NCBI GenBank assembly: GCA_965112155.1
Contig: OZ218101.1
Source: Podarcis liolepis
Taxonomy: Eukaryota
Strand: one strand, 5' to 3'
Length of the DNA stretch: 64,000 nt
The position numbers were made by a program, and so were the translations under genes. Shown here piece after piece: positions 14,271 through 28,914 of this stretch (position 1 is its first letter; every line of letters begins with the position of its first letter). Under the pieces are notes generated by a model that saw only the letters and a list, made by a program, of their open reading frames with translations, did no database searches and was not told where the DNA came from.

Positions 14271-16017
14271 TTCTTTGGGCAGATGTCCGCAAGCCTTTTT
14301 AAGATATGCTGTATTTTTCAAGCATTACTGTCATTTGTAGGTCTCTTGCATTTTTTTGCAACAGAGATAGAAAGATTTTATGAATATATATATTTTAATA
14401 AAATATGTGCTGTGCAGTAGTTAGCAGGGCTGATGTCTTTGGCCTGTACTCTATGCTGTTGGCTCCACTTCATATATTGTGTTATGGTGTCAGTCTTGGC
14501 CCATGGTCTTGAGTTGCTGCTGTATAAATCACGGTTCCCTCAGATACTGAAGCTCTCATGATTCTAGCTCAGTTTTGGACTATTCAAACCTTTTTTTTGT
14601 TTTGTTTACATAATGCACTTCTTTTCCTCATATATTGATAATGTGAGTTTGTATTTTGCTTTTAGAAAACTTCATTCAGTGCTATCCATTCTGAGTGATT
14701 TACGCAAACAAATTGCTTACTGTTTCTTTGAAACTATGTAGTTCCCATGGATACTGGCATCTCAGTTTCTAAACTGTTAAAACTGAAGGAGCTGTACTTG
14801 AATTTAAATAGCTACGTCTTAATTCTCTTCTGTTGCATTATATTGTGTTTAGGTAGAGTTTTTTTGTGGGGAAAGGACCTTAACCAGTGTTAGAAACTGA
14901 GATATGAAAGCTAGGAGCTAAATGGCACATTAAACCTAGATTATGGGTGCAACAACGGAATGTCTAGGCACACTTTTTAATAACTAGAATACAAAGATGA
15001 AAATGAATGAACTGCAGCTAAAATATTATGTTCATTTTTCACGTGGTCCAGTCCTCCCCCTGCCCACCGTTCTAATATTCTTAAGACGTTCTCTAGAGAG
15101 CAGCTTCATTGAAGTGGGGAGGCAGAAAAAGGTCTTCCTTTCCTTCCACTCTGCAGTTTTAATCTGAAATCTTAGGTGCAGTACTGCACCCAGAGCTCAG
15201 AAACTGCTTGCACTAATGAAATTCCCTGTCACAAAATGCACCTAGATGTTTTGAACACTGACCATAAAAAAGTTTAGAAGAGGTGGGAGTCCATAACAGT
15301 AGTGAAGCTCTAGCTGTGTTGAAGGATGCATGAGCCTAGATATTTAGAACCCTGTAAATGAGCAACTTTCATACTTATATTTCATAGCAAGCACTGAAAG
15401 TTGCCTTTGTTTCATTGTGTATACTAATAGCCAGGACAGAAGACAGGTTGCTGAAAGCACATTTATGACTAGAAGCACTTAATCCTAAAACCTGGTGCAC
15501 CTGCAAATACTTTACATTTATTTTTAGATATACTACTGACATTGCAAGGATAATAAATTCACAGCCAGCTGTGACATTAGCGAATGTTGTTCACATTCCT
15601 TCAAATTATTCTGTTTGAATTTGAGACTTCTGGAAATAGCAGGAAGGTTTTGAACACAGTCAGTGAGCTAAACAAGAACCTTTCTGTGTCCTAAACTGCT
15701 TTGGGGACCCTCAGATTCCCAATACTTCAAAGAGTATGCTGTTAACAGGTCTTTGCTCATAATTTTAAAAGTAAGAAGTCCTACCCACCTTATAGCACTT
15801 CATGCAACTTGCTCCATGGTTGAATTATGCTCACTTGTGCTCATGTTATAAAATCTTCTTGGTAAGTCTTGGGCTTTGCCTGAGCTATAATTGACCCAAC
15901 TTTCCCCCCTGTGTTCTGGATTTCCATCAGGTTGTATTCTGAGGAACATCGTTATGGTGAATTGGGCACTCAAAAATAATTGCAGGAGAAACGGCATTCT
16001 TTTTATTTTCTTAGGGG

Positions 16018-16052
16018 TTTTGTTTGTTTGTTTGTTTGTTTGTTTGTTTGTT
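16018..16052. repeat. (GTTT)n microsatellite
   Basis: Directly visible. Confidence 0.95.
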
Positions 16053-17475
16053 GGCTGCCTTCTATGTACTTCCCCCAAACATGTGCTAGAAGAGTGGTGG
16101 TGCTTTGATCTATTTTCTCAGAATTAAAATGCATGTGCACAAAGAAAATGTTATGTTTCCCTTCCACCAGATCAGATTGGCTTATCTGTTGCCTACTTTA
16201 GCACAAGTGTAACTACAACGACTCACAGTGCAGTCATAATCATGTCTACTGAGTTGTAAGTCACACTGAATTCTGTGTTATTTTCCCCCTAGTAAGTTGG
16301 TAAGGCATTGCAGCCTACATTTCCTAGAAACATTTCTCTGGCTAGTTTGCCTTTATTTGTTGGTGATTCACAGCAGTTTTGTTTTAAGAATTGTTTTGGT
16401 AAAAAGTTACCTCTGAGGAATTGCAACCTTTGATTGTAAGCCGTATCTCCCAAACAATCACACCATACTTCATCTCCACTTCTAGTAAGTTAAAAGTGTT
16501 CTTATTAAGTATCCTTAATAAGAAATACATCTGTACACCAATAATACAGCTTTAATCCTTGATTTGTAGTCGTCATTTCTTTCTGACATGCCAGCTCATG
16601 AAAGGAATTCTTTTTGCCATGAAAAAAGGTCTGCTAAAATACCTCTCCTGGAAAAATTCCAGAAGGATAGCCATGTTTTACCTTGTCTGTAACAAATATA
16701 AGAAAACATATATTAAAAATAAATAAAAATAATTTCATCATTGTTTAAGTGCCAGTGGGCTCTTCAAATTAACCCAGAATGACCACGAGTTTCTCTGTAG
16801 TCCTGCAAGATTTATCGAGACTTGCCAGCATAGGATACAAATAAACTTATGCTAACTATGGAGCAATGGATGGCACCAACATGCTCTATTAGTGCTACCA
16901 TTAAAAAATGTTAAAGATGAAATATAGGTTTGTTTTACTCTTCAATGTGGATAAAACAGCCCAAAAATGTAGGCTTCCTTTCTACTGAGAAAAAAAATGT
17001 TATATTGCAGTGTTGAATTCCACCCTAAGTGGTTAAGTGTGCTTAGCAACACTAGTTTTTCTGTATCTGGAGCCTTAGAATGGTGCTTCTACATTCTGCT
17101 TTCTAATTTTCTTTATAAATGTTTGATTATTCAAAAAGAAAGAAAGCTAAGAGCCTGGGGGCCCTACTGGCTTGAACCCTAGTACATGAGTATCCCCTGT
17201 GCTCCTGCTGTGTCCTCTGTCACCAGTCCTGCCTCTGATTATTGAATAAGTAAACCAGGGATAGAAGGAATTAAAAAGAATGGTGAAGGAAAGATGCATG
17301 CATGCACTTGTGGGGAGGTGACATGGACATTATTTCTATATGAATACAGCTGGGATAGAGGGTGTTTGCAAAAGTCTGTGAACAATTAAAATCATTCCTT
17401 TGTTTCTAGATTTAAACGTATCATTGGAGCACAAAAAATAATATTATTGTACTCTGTTAATTTTGTTTTTTTCAG

Positions 17476-17517
17476 GATTGCACAGTATATGAAACAGAGA
17501 ACAAAATTCTTCATGTG
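17476..17517 (+). CDS. CNKSR2: CNKSR2 coding exon 5 (DCTVYETENKILHV), 42 bp
   Basis: Acceptor tttttttcag|GAT and donor GTG|gtaagt; in-frame continuation. Confidence 0.96.
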
Positions 17518-19230
17518 GTAAGTAGAATTTTTAAAATAACATATGCTGATAATGAACTCAATTATTTGAGTGCCAATTCTTATAGGAACAAAAACTGCAC
17601 CATGCAGGCTGACAAGGGTTGCAGGCTCCCCCCCACCCAAAAAAACCAACAACAGCTCAGTGAGTATTGTATATGCTTAGTGACCACAAAGCTGGCTGAC
17701 TGTTGGAGGGGCTTTTGGAAGAAGAGAAATATAATGGTTTATCCTGAAAAAGGGAATAGCACAGTGCAACATTTTCTTTCAGATCCCTCTGGTTTCTTTT
17801 AATAGTCTTTGATCACTTCAGCATTATCTTGAGCATTATCTTTTAAAATGCGAAAGTAATCAAAGAGTCAAATATGGTATGAAGCTTTCTCTTACAATGA
17901 GAGCCATCAGAGCCCTAAAGGGTGTCCTTACTTCCAAACAATAGAGAGACCATTCTTGCCACTCTTTCTGGCTCTTTTCATAAATATTCACATTAATCCT
18001 CATTAATCCACAGAGTTTCTTGCTTCCCTTTCCTCCTGTTTGTGCATGCTACTTCCCTCTGCTTCATAGAATCATAGATTTGTAGTTCCTCCTGGTTTCT
18101 CTCCAATCTGTGTGTCTTCTATGAAGCAAGGATTCACTTCCTCCTTCTCTTATATTTTGAAAGGCAATGTGTATATGCGTGCTTATAATATGCATTAATC
18201 TGATTCTGTACTGTGATACGGATTCTGGTAAACTAGTGGCTGTAAATAATGTAAGTATAGCTCTAGTCCCAATTCCTTGTGCTTAACCTTTTCTAACATA
18301 TAGTACCTCTGCTTGATTGCTGGTAGATAGCTTTTCCTCTGAAGCCCCTATGCCCACAGCCCATGCTATTCAAAAGTGTCCATTGAGAAGGCCGTTTCAA
18401 GGTTGGGAGAAAAAAAAAAAATTTGTAAGCAGCCTTCTCTTTGTGCAATTTTGGATTTAGCTAGTTGTTTTAACCTTACAGCAATCCAACAAGGGACGCA
18501 AGGCTGTGCCCAAGGCTACTCTGAACTTGAGAACTGGGTTGATATTTTAACCTGGATTTCCTACATCTTCTTTAATGGTAGGTGGCTGTGCACTGCACAC
18601 CCATGGAATAATAAATCAAATGGAACATTTGAGATATAGTCTGTTACAGAATTTACCAGCATCTTGTGCATGCCAGTAGAAAACTTCTAATTTATATTTA
18701 AATCAAAAACCTCAATACTCTCCATCATGAGGGTGCTGATAGAACAGTACAAGAAAAGGAGGTGTTAAAAAGTGAATGTAAATATTTGTAGATTGCATAC
18801 TGCTATTACAATCTGAAAATATGTACCTTGTTGTATTCTTAAGCCAAGTATTCAAGAAAAAAACCAAGAACAAAATCTAAGTCAGGTCCAGACTGTCTGA
18901 ACAGTCCTTAAACCATTTTTTACGTGGCACCACCATGGAAGTAGGGATAAGTGTAGAAATGTTGATGCTATTCGAATCCTTTCCCCAATCCTGTTCAGGT
19001 AGAAGAATTCCAGGTTTTTTGGATTGTCCTCTAATCATGATCTTTCTAGAATAAGGAACAGGGAGTATGCTTGTTCCCCAAAGAATGATATTCATTGCCA
19101 CTTAGATAAAATAAGAATTTAATCTGAATATGTAATAATGTATTTTAAAGGCCAAACATGATTACTGTCCACTGTGTTATGAGTTTTCATATTCTTGATT
19201 GTTAACGGAAAATACACTTTTTATTTCTAG

Positions 19231-19410
<180 letters not shown>

Positions 19411-19634
19411 TAAGACCTGTATTTGGCATATTTAGTTCTTCTATTTGTAGATGTGATCTTCAGTCAGCTAGTGGAAATTGCATATTAATAATTACTGTAT
19501 AAAATTCTTAAGGAAATATTGAAAAAAAATAGTAGCAGTGGAAAGCTACCTCTTTAGTACTGTATCTCTAGAGGTTGGTAAGCTTGCAAACCTGTGTCCC
19601 TCCTTTACGTCCTGAGTCGCATTAATGAGGAGCT

Positions 19635-19716
19635 CACAGTGCAATCCTATACATGTCTACTCAGAAGTTGAGTTCAATGGTGCTTACTCCCAGGTAAGTA
19701 GGTGCAGGATTGCAAC
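19635..19716. repeat. Representative of an old ~90-bp palindromic interspersed repeat (other copies near 12129, 16224, 40150, 41365, 42146, 51112, 55908)
   Basis: Shared pattern (G)CAATCCTA..CTACTCAGAAGT..TTCAATGG..CTTACTCCCAGGTAAG..AGGATTGCA with inverted ends. Confidence 0.75.
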
Positions 19717-22700
19717 GAGAGGCTCTGAATGCAATCAGATATTTAATGATGTTGCTTCTAGGTTAATAGGTTTAGGCCTGGGATGTGGATTTCTTGCATC
19801 CCATAAAATAAATTTATATGTAGCAGCTGAATGTTCTTAAAGAAAACACTTCCATATTGGTTACATAATGCAGGAAAAAAATCCTGGTTAATTTAGGAAA
19901 ATGTCCCACCCCCTTTTCTAGCAAGATTTATTGATAATGTTGTTACTTATATGAACTCCTTCGGTATATTTACAATAAGTTACGCTTGTTTCCTGGGTTC
20001 CTCATATTTGATATGAATGTTTATGCAACAGTTAATAAGCGCTAAGGGTTGTAGCCAAGGCTGAGCAAGTGAAATTCTACTTGTGCAACAAATTTTCAAT
20101 TTCCTCTCCTACAAGTGTTCCCCCAACCCTCTGCATCTCTTTTTGAGGTTGTGGTGGGGCTGAAGAAGTAGTTCTGTTTTCACATAAAGAAGTCTGATGT
20201 ACCAGCAGTACTGCAGCATGTGATAAAGCTCAAAGTCTTTATTTTAGTGGATACTTTTTATATGTCACCTGAAGCTTTTTCAGACTGGATACTATTTAAA
20301 TATTTTCAAAATTTGTTCATACTGTACTTGGTGCACTCTGCCCTGCCCAAACCCTCCATTCCTACTGTAGTACTATACTGCCGTTCATTCGTAATCTCAT
20401 ATTTGTCTCAGTGCCACCAGTTCAGGTAAAGACCATTTTCAGTACCATTGTCTGCTGTTTTTTCCATCTCACATATCGTAACTAATGTTGGTTCTTCATG
20501 GTTTCACTGAGATTCATAAACCTTTCCTAATTCAGCTCTCCTTTTATTGTTTTCTTCTTCCAGAAGTGCCCTTTAAGATGTGACCAAAACGATTTTATTT
20601 TACTGTAAATTTTCTATGTTTCAAGCCTCTATGGTTGATTTTCTGCTGCTTTGTCGGTTTAGATGGCAAGGTTCTCCATGCATGGAACTGTTTATTCATT
20701 ATTTGTTTGAACTGTATATGGTACAGTAAAGTTATGCCTCTTAAGAGTACTTCAAGAACAAAAAGTGGATGACAGAAACATTGAATGTGTCTTCAGATTT
20801 TTAACTTTTGCCTTTCCCCACTGTATTTTGTAGACAGTAAGCCAAGTGGTATCAATTTCCTGGCAAAACATGTAATTTGGGGATTCTGTAAAGTATTGAG
20901 TTGTAATGGTTCACTGCTTATGTAAACTATTTTTGACACCTATCATTGAAAAATGTTTCATGAGCTAAATTTGTGTAAGCTACTTAAATGTCTGCAATAA
21001 TGATTGCTATAGAAGTGTGAATGGGTGTCTTCAAACCTTGCTATGATTATCATGGGTATTCAGCAGTTTTGAAGGGTCTTCCAGATTTTTGTATGTCGGA
21101 AAATGTAAGCAGAACAGCTGGGTAACCAAATTTCCTGTAGAACTTTTGATTTATCTGAAAGCTATTTATCATTTATATAAAAAGCAGGGAACAAGGGCTG
21201 CATTTCCATGTAGGGAAACCTTGGGGCCCAGGCCTATGGTGGGCAGAGCAATGAATGACTCTTAACTTTTGCTCAGTAGGCTACATTCCAGCTACACAAA
21301 TGCCACAGGTTTCTGTGCGCATGTACATGCATCTATCCATCATTGTATCAAGAAAGCAAGATTATTATCACAGTTCAATAATACAGTCAAGCTAGGCAAC
21401 AGCCCTCTAGGAAAATGTGATGCACAAATGGTGAGGGTTGCAGTCTGGGGTGAGGTCCGAGGGCAGGATAAAGAAGTCGGGGGGGGATCCCATTCATCCT
21501 CTGGGCCTGAGATTTCTCACCACTGATCCCCATTTCTTACTGTTGCCAACTGGAAATAATGATAACAGAAGATAAATGAATTACAATAACACATGTTAAA
21601 AGAAGGCACGGGCAACAAAGACAAATAAAACCTCTTCAGCTAAGGTATAGGCAATATGAGCTCAAGAAGGATGGAAATAAGGAACAAAGTGAAGCAAATG
21701 TTTTTTTTGCCAACCTTTTATTGTGAGTGGTTTTTAGGAACCAAATGGTTGAACTATAGGTGATAAAAACAAGATAGAAACTATGGAAGAGTGGGCAGGA
21801 AATGAACTGGCTGCTTATTTTTTAATGAATGCATTTCAGCTTTTATCCCTTTTATATTTGAGGGCTCTAAGGCTTAATTGCTACTGACATTGTTGGGATG
21901 TTAGGCATTATTAATTTAGTGCACCATTTGTGATATCAAAGAATATATGTCTTTGCATAGCCTTGCACAATTGCATGCTACTAGGGATATACTTGTCAGT
22001 ATATGGAAACAGAGGGGCCAGCCTCTGTGGAGAGGGCTTGCAAATCGACAATACTGTGATCAGTGATTAATGTAAGAGGAAGATGTATACCATGTGCAAA
22101 GCCTGAGGTAAGGTATAGCTTGCAGAATTTTAAGACACAGGCAAGAAAATAGCTGTAGTGGTTAAGAAGCATCAAGATTCATTCATATGATCAATTTGCA
22201 GTTTTTTATCCAGATGGGTTGGTTTGTAGGAGGAGGGTAGAGATTTTACATCACTGGTTTAATTATAATCACTGGTGTGTGTTTCTGTGATCTAGATTCT
22301 CAAAATATGAATTGGGCTTGTTTAACTAACACTTGTTTAACCTGTATCGGGGATCATTATGTCACTTTTGCCTGGATTCAGCATTGACCAGCAACTCTAT
22401 ATTTAGTTTTTCTATATTCCAGTTTTGGCTGGAATCTTGATAGAAAAGAAAAGTCAGAGGTGCATTTTTATTATTGTGCTGATAAAACCTAATTTGGCAT
22501 TCCTGAACAATTAAATTCCCAAGTTCAAACAGCAAGACACAAACTTGAACAGAAAGAGAAAGAGAACAGGATGGACTTGTGGGCATTTTTGAGGGAAGGC
22601 AGGGAAATACCAAGTAACCAGTCATCACCATTCTTAAACTTCACAGCTAAGAACCAATGGAAATACAGTGGCAGGTTTTACAGGTAACACCACTAATGTC

Positions 22701-25700
22701 ATATAATCAATTGTATCAGTGGCCACTGAGAAACATATTAGGATTAACCTCTCTAGAATGCTATGTAACAAAATTATTACAGCATAGGTTTATGAATGAA
22801 CCAGACATCATTCTTACTGTACAATCATGATGATTTGTGATCATGATAGTATCGAGGTGCTTATATGAATGACACTTTCAATACTGGTTGTGCCTGAAAA
22901 TATTTTAGGGCAAATGTACTTCTTCATTTCTAATCACTATATGCCCATAGCTTCCTGCTGAAATCCTTTCCCCCCACAATTTATTTGGTTTATTGCTGTT
23001 CTGATTTTGTTGTGCTGTAGCACAAGAATGCCCCTTGCCCAGCAGTAATAATATGGTAACATTGGAAAGCATTGCAAAGCAATTAATAAAGCAGAATGTA
23101 TATGAACTGCCTAGTATAAATCCACCACTGATACATTAGTATTGCATCAATGGCATGTTGCAGAATATACCTGCAAAAAGGGTCATTCTAGAGGGGCCCC
23201 AAGTTCCTTTTATCAAATGCATTCAGTGCTATCCTCAGTTGATATATGCATACGGATACAGTGGGGGAAATGTAAATAGTGAGAAGCAAATGACATGCAA
23301 AATATACAAGCTGTGACAATTATGTTAAAAGTTTAAATATATATATCATAAACATAGAGACCTTTCACAAAGCAGTACTGATTATAACATCCAGACATTG
23401 CTAAGTTAATTTACAATTTTTTGACTGTTTCTAATATGTTGTTTAGACAAGACAGCGTTGTTCTCAGACTTGTAAACAACATCTGAGTTTAGTAAATCTC
23501 AGTTTTTGAACCATACAGTATCTGGGAATCCAATCAAAATGTTCCTTAAACTAAATCACGCAGGTTACATATTCTCTTTGTAATGTTACTCAAAGTTTTT
23601 TTTTACAGAGAGATTAACTGGATTATCTCCTATCAGAACATGATAGGTGCCTCAAAATCTTGGGGATTTATATTACTGAAAGATGCACATTAAAACCCCT
23701 TATTCACACTCAGAAGGTGTTCCTGTTTTAAATATGTCAGAGATAAATACTTCACATTTTGCTATTTATGTTCAAGTATAAACCCCAAACACCACTGTGT
23801 AGTATGTGGAACAAGTGTTTGGCAATTGTATTATATAGAACAGTTGCCATAGCTTATTTATTTGGTGATACCTTGCCACCTCATAAAGCTTCTGCTAGAA
23901 GTCTGCTCATGGGGTGCTCCTGCCATTAGAAGCAGTACAGAAGCTAGGGGCCACAGGAGTAAAGTGATAGCAGCAAAAAATCCTGCACCCATTCCCTACT
24001 CCAATGGAAGCCTCTGCTGAATCTGTTTCTTCAATAGACATAACGAGTTACTGTGTTGAACACTAATGAATATCCAAACTATTGTCTTTATTTCATTAAA
24101 TGACTGTTAGAAAAAAGATAGTCTAAACATAGTTACATCTTATATCCTATTTGTCTGAATAACGCAATTTGTTTTGAAGCTTTTTCTTTTAATATTTAGA
24201 AATAAAATAAATCTCTGTGCTTCAAGGAAGATCTTCTGCAGCGCATCCTCCCACCTGTGCCTTTTTTTGCTGTGAATGCTTTAGGTGTTCTGTCTCCCTA
24301 GAGTGGACTAATTTGCTTGACATTTCTCATCTTTGCATATTTATGCCCTTATTATCTTCAGAGTAATGACATAAAATTGTCTGTGGCTACGTACCTGAAA
24401 AGGGTTATGTGTTTTATGTCATGACTATGAAAATGGAGACATGTCCTATCTTCAGCTATGTTGAACTAACTTGTTTTGAGTTCTGGATTTTCCTTGCTTT
24501 ATGTGTACTGTTTCAGAAAACAATCAGCTGCCAAATGTCTATTTTTTGTTGTTTTTAAAGTAAAAGCAAGAAATTTGTTTTGGGACACAGGCTACTTAAA
24601 GGTAATCTAGCGGCTCTTTATTGGTGCTAGTTATAACTTGATATTTTTACATTAAAAGGATAACAAATTGCTGTTCTTTAGTGCTGGTCCCTTGTGCAAA
24701 GCAGGCTGACAAGACTCTAAAGCTCTATATAGTTATAAAGCACTATGGCTCCCCCTGCCCCATTCAAGCCACCAGAGGTCAGACGGTGTACAGATTTGGA
24801 GGAAGAATAAAAGAAAAGGGACAAATTGAAGTAACAGTGTCAATGTAATACTGCTGGAAAAAGACTCTATTTTCTTGAGTTTAGCATTTGATACAAGTCT
24901 GGATCAAAGCTGTAGTAACACCTAAAATGTACTGCCTGAGGTGGCCCCTCATTCCCATATTAAGGCTAGCCCTGCCTTGCCATGATAACAGAATGCTTTC
25001 AGTAATAGTAGCAAAATCAATTTCATCCTGCAGAGAGGTTTGCCTCTGCTGTAAAATCTGTAAAGGTTCTAGAATGTATATTGCATTTTACTGTCATTTC
25101 AATTCCATAAAGAAACCGGTGGTTCGATATGGCATGCTTGTGTTGTACTCTGAACACAATTTATCCTCTCTACTCTTCAGTGTCAGCAAAGTTACTCTGT
25201 AGGAAATTTACCTTTGTCTTTGATGCTGTTAGTAGATGGCGTAAAAAAATTACATTTACAGCCCATCATCACTTCATGGATTAAAGCTTTCAGGCTCTGT
25301 AAGGTCTTGAATATCTTTTTTTTAAAAAAGGGGGAGCTATTTCTGTGAATTCTTCTGGCTCCTCATTGTAAATGATAAAGGGTAATCTTTCAGATATGTG
25401 CTCTGCAATGGAAGTAGAACAGCCATTATCCCCCCCCCCCCATTTTATTCTGCACACTGCCTTGAGTGTTTCTTGAGAAAGAGAATAACAGGTGAAGGAC
25501 ACTCCTTTTTTTCTTTAGCAAGTGGCACACCCAAAATGTCAAGCAAATGAGCAAATTATTTCATCATAAAGACCCAGGCCCACAAACAGGAAACCATTAA
25601 AAATCATACACAGTGTCAAAAAAATGCAGTTTGTCTCCTCAGAGCCTACTCCAAGAACACACTGAAATGCTCAAAGGTGGAAAATGAAATTGAACACCAC

Positions 25701-27441
25701 ATGGGTAATGCTCAATCCACATAAAATGTCCCCTCAAAGGAAAAACCCAGCAAAATCAAATTCTTCCAGATGGACTAGGAGAAGGTGAAAGATTGACTTA
25801 ATGCCACATTTACGCATCAATGTACGCCTGAACCATACAGACAGCACAGTTGAAGGAGTCATAATACGCTGTGCAAAGCTGGTCAGGAATAGCATCATTT
25901 ACTGACCAGCCTCTGGGAATCAACCTAAATTCCTCAGCAGATTTTTTGGGGGGCAGTGCCTAAAGGAGGCATTTAGAAGCATTCAGGAGGGCATTGGCCT
26001 GCTCCAATTAGCTTTCTACAACTAAAATAAAACAAGATTTCATTACTAAATGCAGTGGTCTAATAATGTGAAGATAATAATATGTAGAAGACCATTAAAA
26101 CTATTGCCCTCATCTAGAAAATATCATATGGGTTGTTGTAAAAGTGGAAGAGGATCAACTAAAATATGCTTTGGTAGTATCCTGGGGCATGTTGTCTACA
26201 TTGTGTGATACAAGGTGGAAATATAGTACGATAGAGGAATTTAGCTTCTCCCAGCAACTATTTAATTCCACTTGACTAGAACATTTTTGAATGTGATAAT
26301 CAATAAAGCACCTTAGATGTAGGTTAGTATTCAACCAGTGTTATAACACATATAAACATTCCCTAGGTCATAAAAATATAGCTCATGTGTTCCATAGAGG
26401 CCTCAGTTCATGTACTATTTCTAAAACTAGGCATATTTTATTTATCTTTGTGATCCGTATTAATCAGCAGGTATGAATTGGTTATATACAAATTCTATAT
26501 ATAGTTCTTTGATCAAAATACATTCCTTCCTTTGCAGAATAATACTTTTACTTTATTTGTAGATCTAGTGGGTAAATAGAAGGCTCACAGGTTCTGCAGT
26601 TTCGCTGAATTGCTTTTATAGTTTTCAGGTTTTTTTTAATTCTCGACTATATAGTCACTATTTCAGTATCTCAGAATTATGATGTGCCTTTTAAAATATT
26701 GGATTTTAAACAATATGAGTTTATACTATTTATGTTACTGAGAAATACATGTAGTGATGTTTTGGTCAGCTGAGCTGGTTTCTAATTATTAACTCAGAAG
26801 ACTTTGAATTCTAAAAATGTTGGCATCTCAAATCACTTAGAATATCGATGGCATTGTAGTCTCCCCTGTGACTGCCCCCCCCCCCCCGATTTTACAGTTC
26901 ACTGTGTAAATCTGTATGCACTATGCACAGGATGTGCTTTGATGCAATAGTACCCTGGATTTGCCTATTTCAAGGGATTGTGTTTAGTGTTTATAATGGA
27001 GTGCCTATGGATTCTACTTATAAAATGGACACTTTCTCTGGTTATGTTCATATTATAACCTTACACTTGAGATCCGTGAATATGAAATTGTTCCCACCTT
27101 AAATAGCTCCACTGACATATAGTTCATTTCAGTTTTGCCGTGTGGATTGGGATTTCCCCCCCATGTCACTACAATATTTTTGCAGTGCTATGAAGTCACC
27201 TCTTAATCCACATTGTGAACCATTGCATACAAATGAGTTGCACCTAGAGACACCTGCCGCATCAAATAAAAGGAGCTTACATGTAGTTTCTTCTGACAGA
27301 AACACTTGGTATTCCAGTGGCATGTGTTAGTGGTATTACTCAAATGCTGCTAGAGAGATGTTAGATGGGTGAGACGTTTATATTGGATGGCAGTAGTTTG
27401 CAAGAACTTTACAATTTTTTCCCATGATGTCTTTTTCTTAG

Positions 27442-27549
<108 letters not shown>

Positions 27550-28283
27550 TAAACTTTGGATTGTGATTCCCCTTTTGCTTGCGTACGTGTGTATTAACTG
27601 CAAAGGATCAAGAGCATGTTTGGGGAAGGAAGGGGTGCACGTGGGAGAACAGCTTGAAAGAGCTTGGGCTAGAGTCGTGAGAAAGTTAGCTTCAGTAATG
27701 CATATAAACTGGACTTTGTTCAAGGGAGGAAAAAGTGTATCACGTCATACCTTGTCGTGAATTAAAGGAAATTTGTCTTAATTCACATAGGATTTTGTGC
27801 TGTAGTTTGCTGTGGTGCAGTAAACACATTTCCTATCTAATAATGTTTTTGGTTTTTTTATTGGAAATCAAATAATATTAAAAGCTGATAAGTTAATATC
27901 TCATCTAAGCAGCACACACAACCTTTCATGGCTTCTTTGTTTATAAAACTAGAGGTAATGTCACCAGATTCGAAGTCATTGTACCAACTACTGAGAGTTT
28001 GAGAAAGGATAGTCACTCTTGCAGACATTCACCTCTACACATATAGTAGCCATTTTCAGACTTATGCTTATTCATTTGTGTTGTATGAGAGGTATTCTCT
28101 AGGTTCCTCTAAAGGACAGAAGCCACCTTCTTACGAAGGAAACTCAAACTGCTGAAAATATCTGAAAATAGAATTTCCAATGACATTCTTAAATCAACCA
28201 TAGAATTCTTCTTCCCATACTCCACCAGAAGTGGAGTTAAACTTCAAGTCACCAATAGTAGTGTTTGTACATTGTTTACTATA

Positions 28284-28914
28284 CAGTGGTACCTCGTGTT
28301 AAGAACTTACCGTATTTTTCGTCCCATAGGACGCACCTAGTTTTTTTGGGGGGGAATAAAGGGGGGGAAATTTTCTTTATTCCCCCCCCCCCAGACCAGG
28401 TCGGGGAATCCAAACCAGGTCAGGGAACAGCGGGATGGCGGCGCTCCGCCTCCCCGCTGTCCCCCGAGCTTGTGGGGCTGGCGCTGGGGAGAAGCGCAGG
28501 GCGCTCTGCTTCAGCACTGTGGGAACTCCCGCGGGCTCCCCAGGCTTGTTGATTGCTTCCTGAAGCCTGGAGAGCGAGAGGGGTCGGTGCGCACCGACCC
28601 CTCTCGCTCTCCAAGCTTCAGCGAAAGCCTGCATTCGCCCCATAGGACGCACGCAGATTTCCCCTTCATTTCTGGAGGGGAAAAAGTGTGTCCTATCAGG
28701 CGAAAAATACGGTAATTTGTTCTGGAGGTCCGTTCTTAACCTGAAACTGTTCTTAACCTGAAGCACCACTTTAGCTAATGGGGCCTCCCGCTGCTGCCGC
28801 ACCACTGCTGCACGATTTCAGTTCTTATCCTGAAGCAAAGTTCTTAACCCGAGGTACTACTTCTGGGTTAGCGGAGTCTGTAACCTGAAGTGTCTGTAAC
28901 CCGAGGTACCACTG
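28284..28914. mobile_element. Tigger-type MITE (outer element), interrupted by a second MITE
   Basis: TA|CAGTGGTACCTCG...CGAGGTACCACTG|TA; internal TAACCTGAAG repeats; same family as 63940-64000. Confidence 0.92.
28310..28712 (-). mobile_element. Pogo-type MITE (inner, nested), 403 bp
   Basis: TA|CCGTATTTTTCG...CGAAAAATACGG|TA: 12-bp perfect TIRs and a TA duplication. Strand is given relative to the 14081 copy. Confidence 0.92.
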
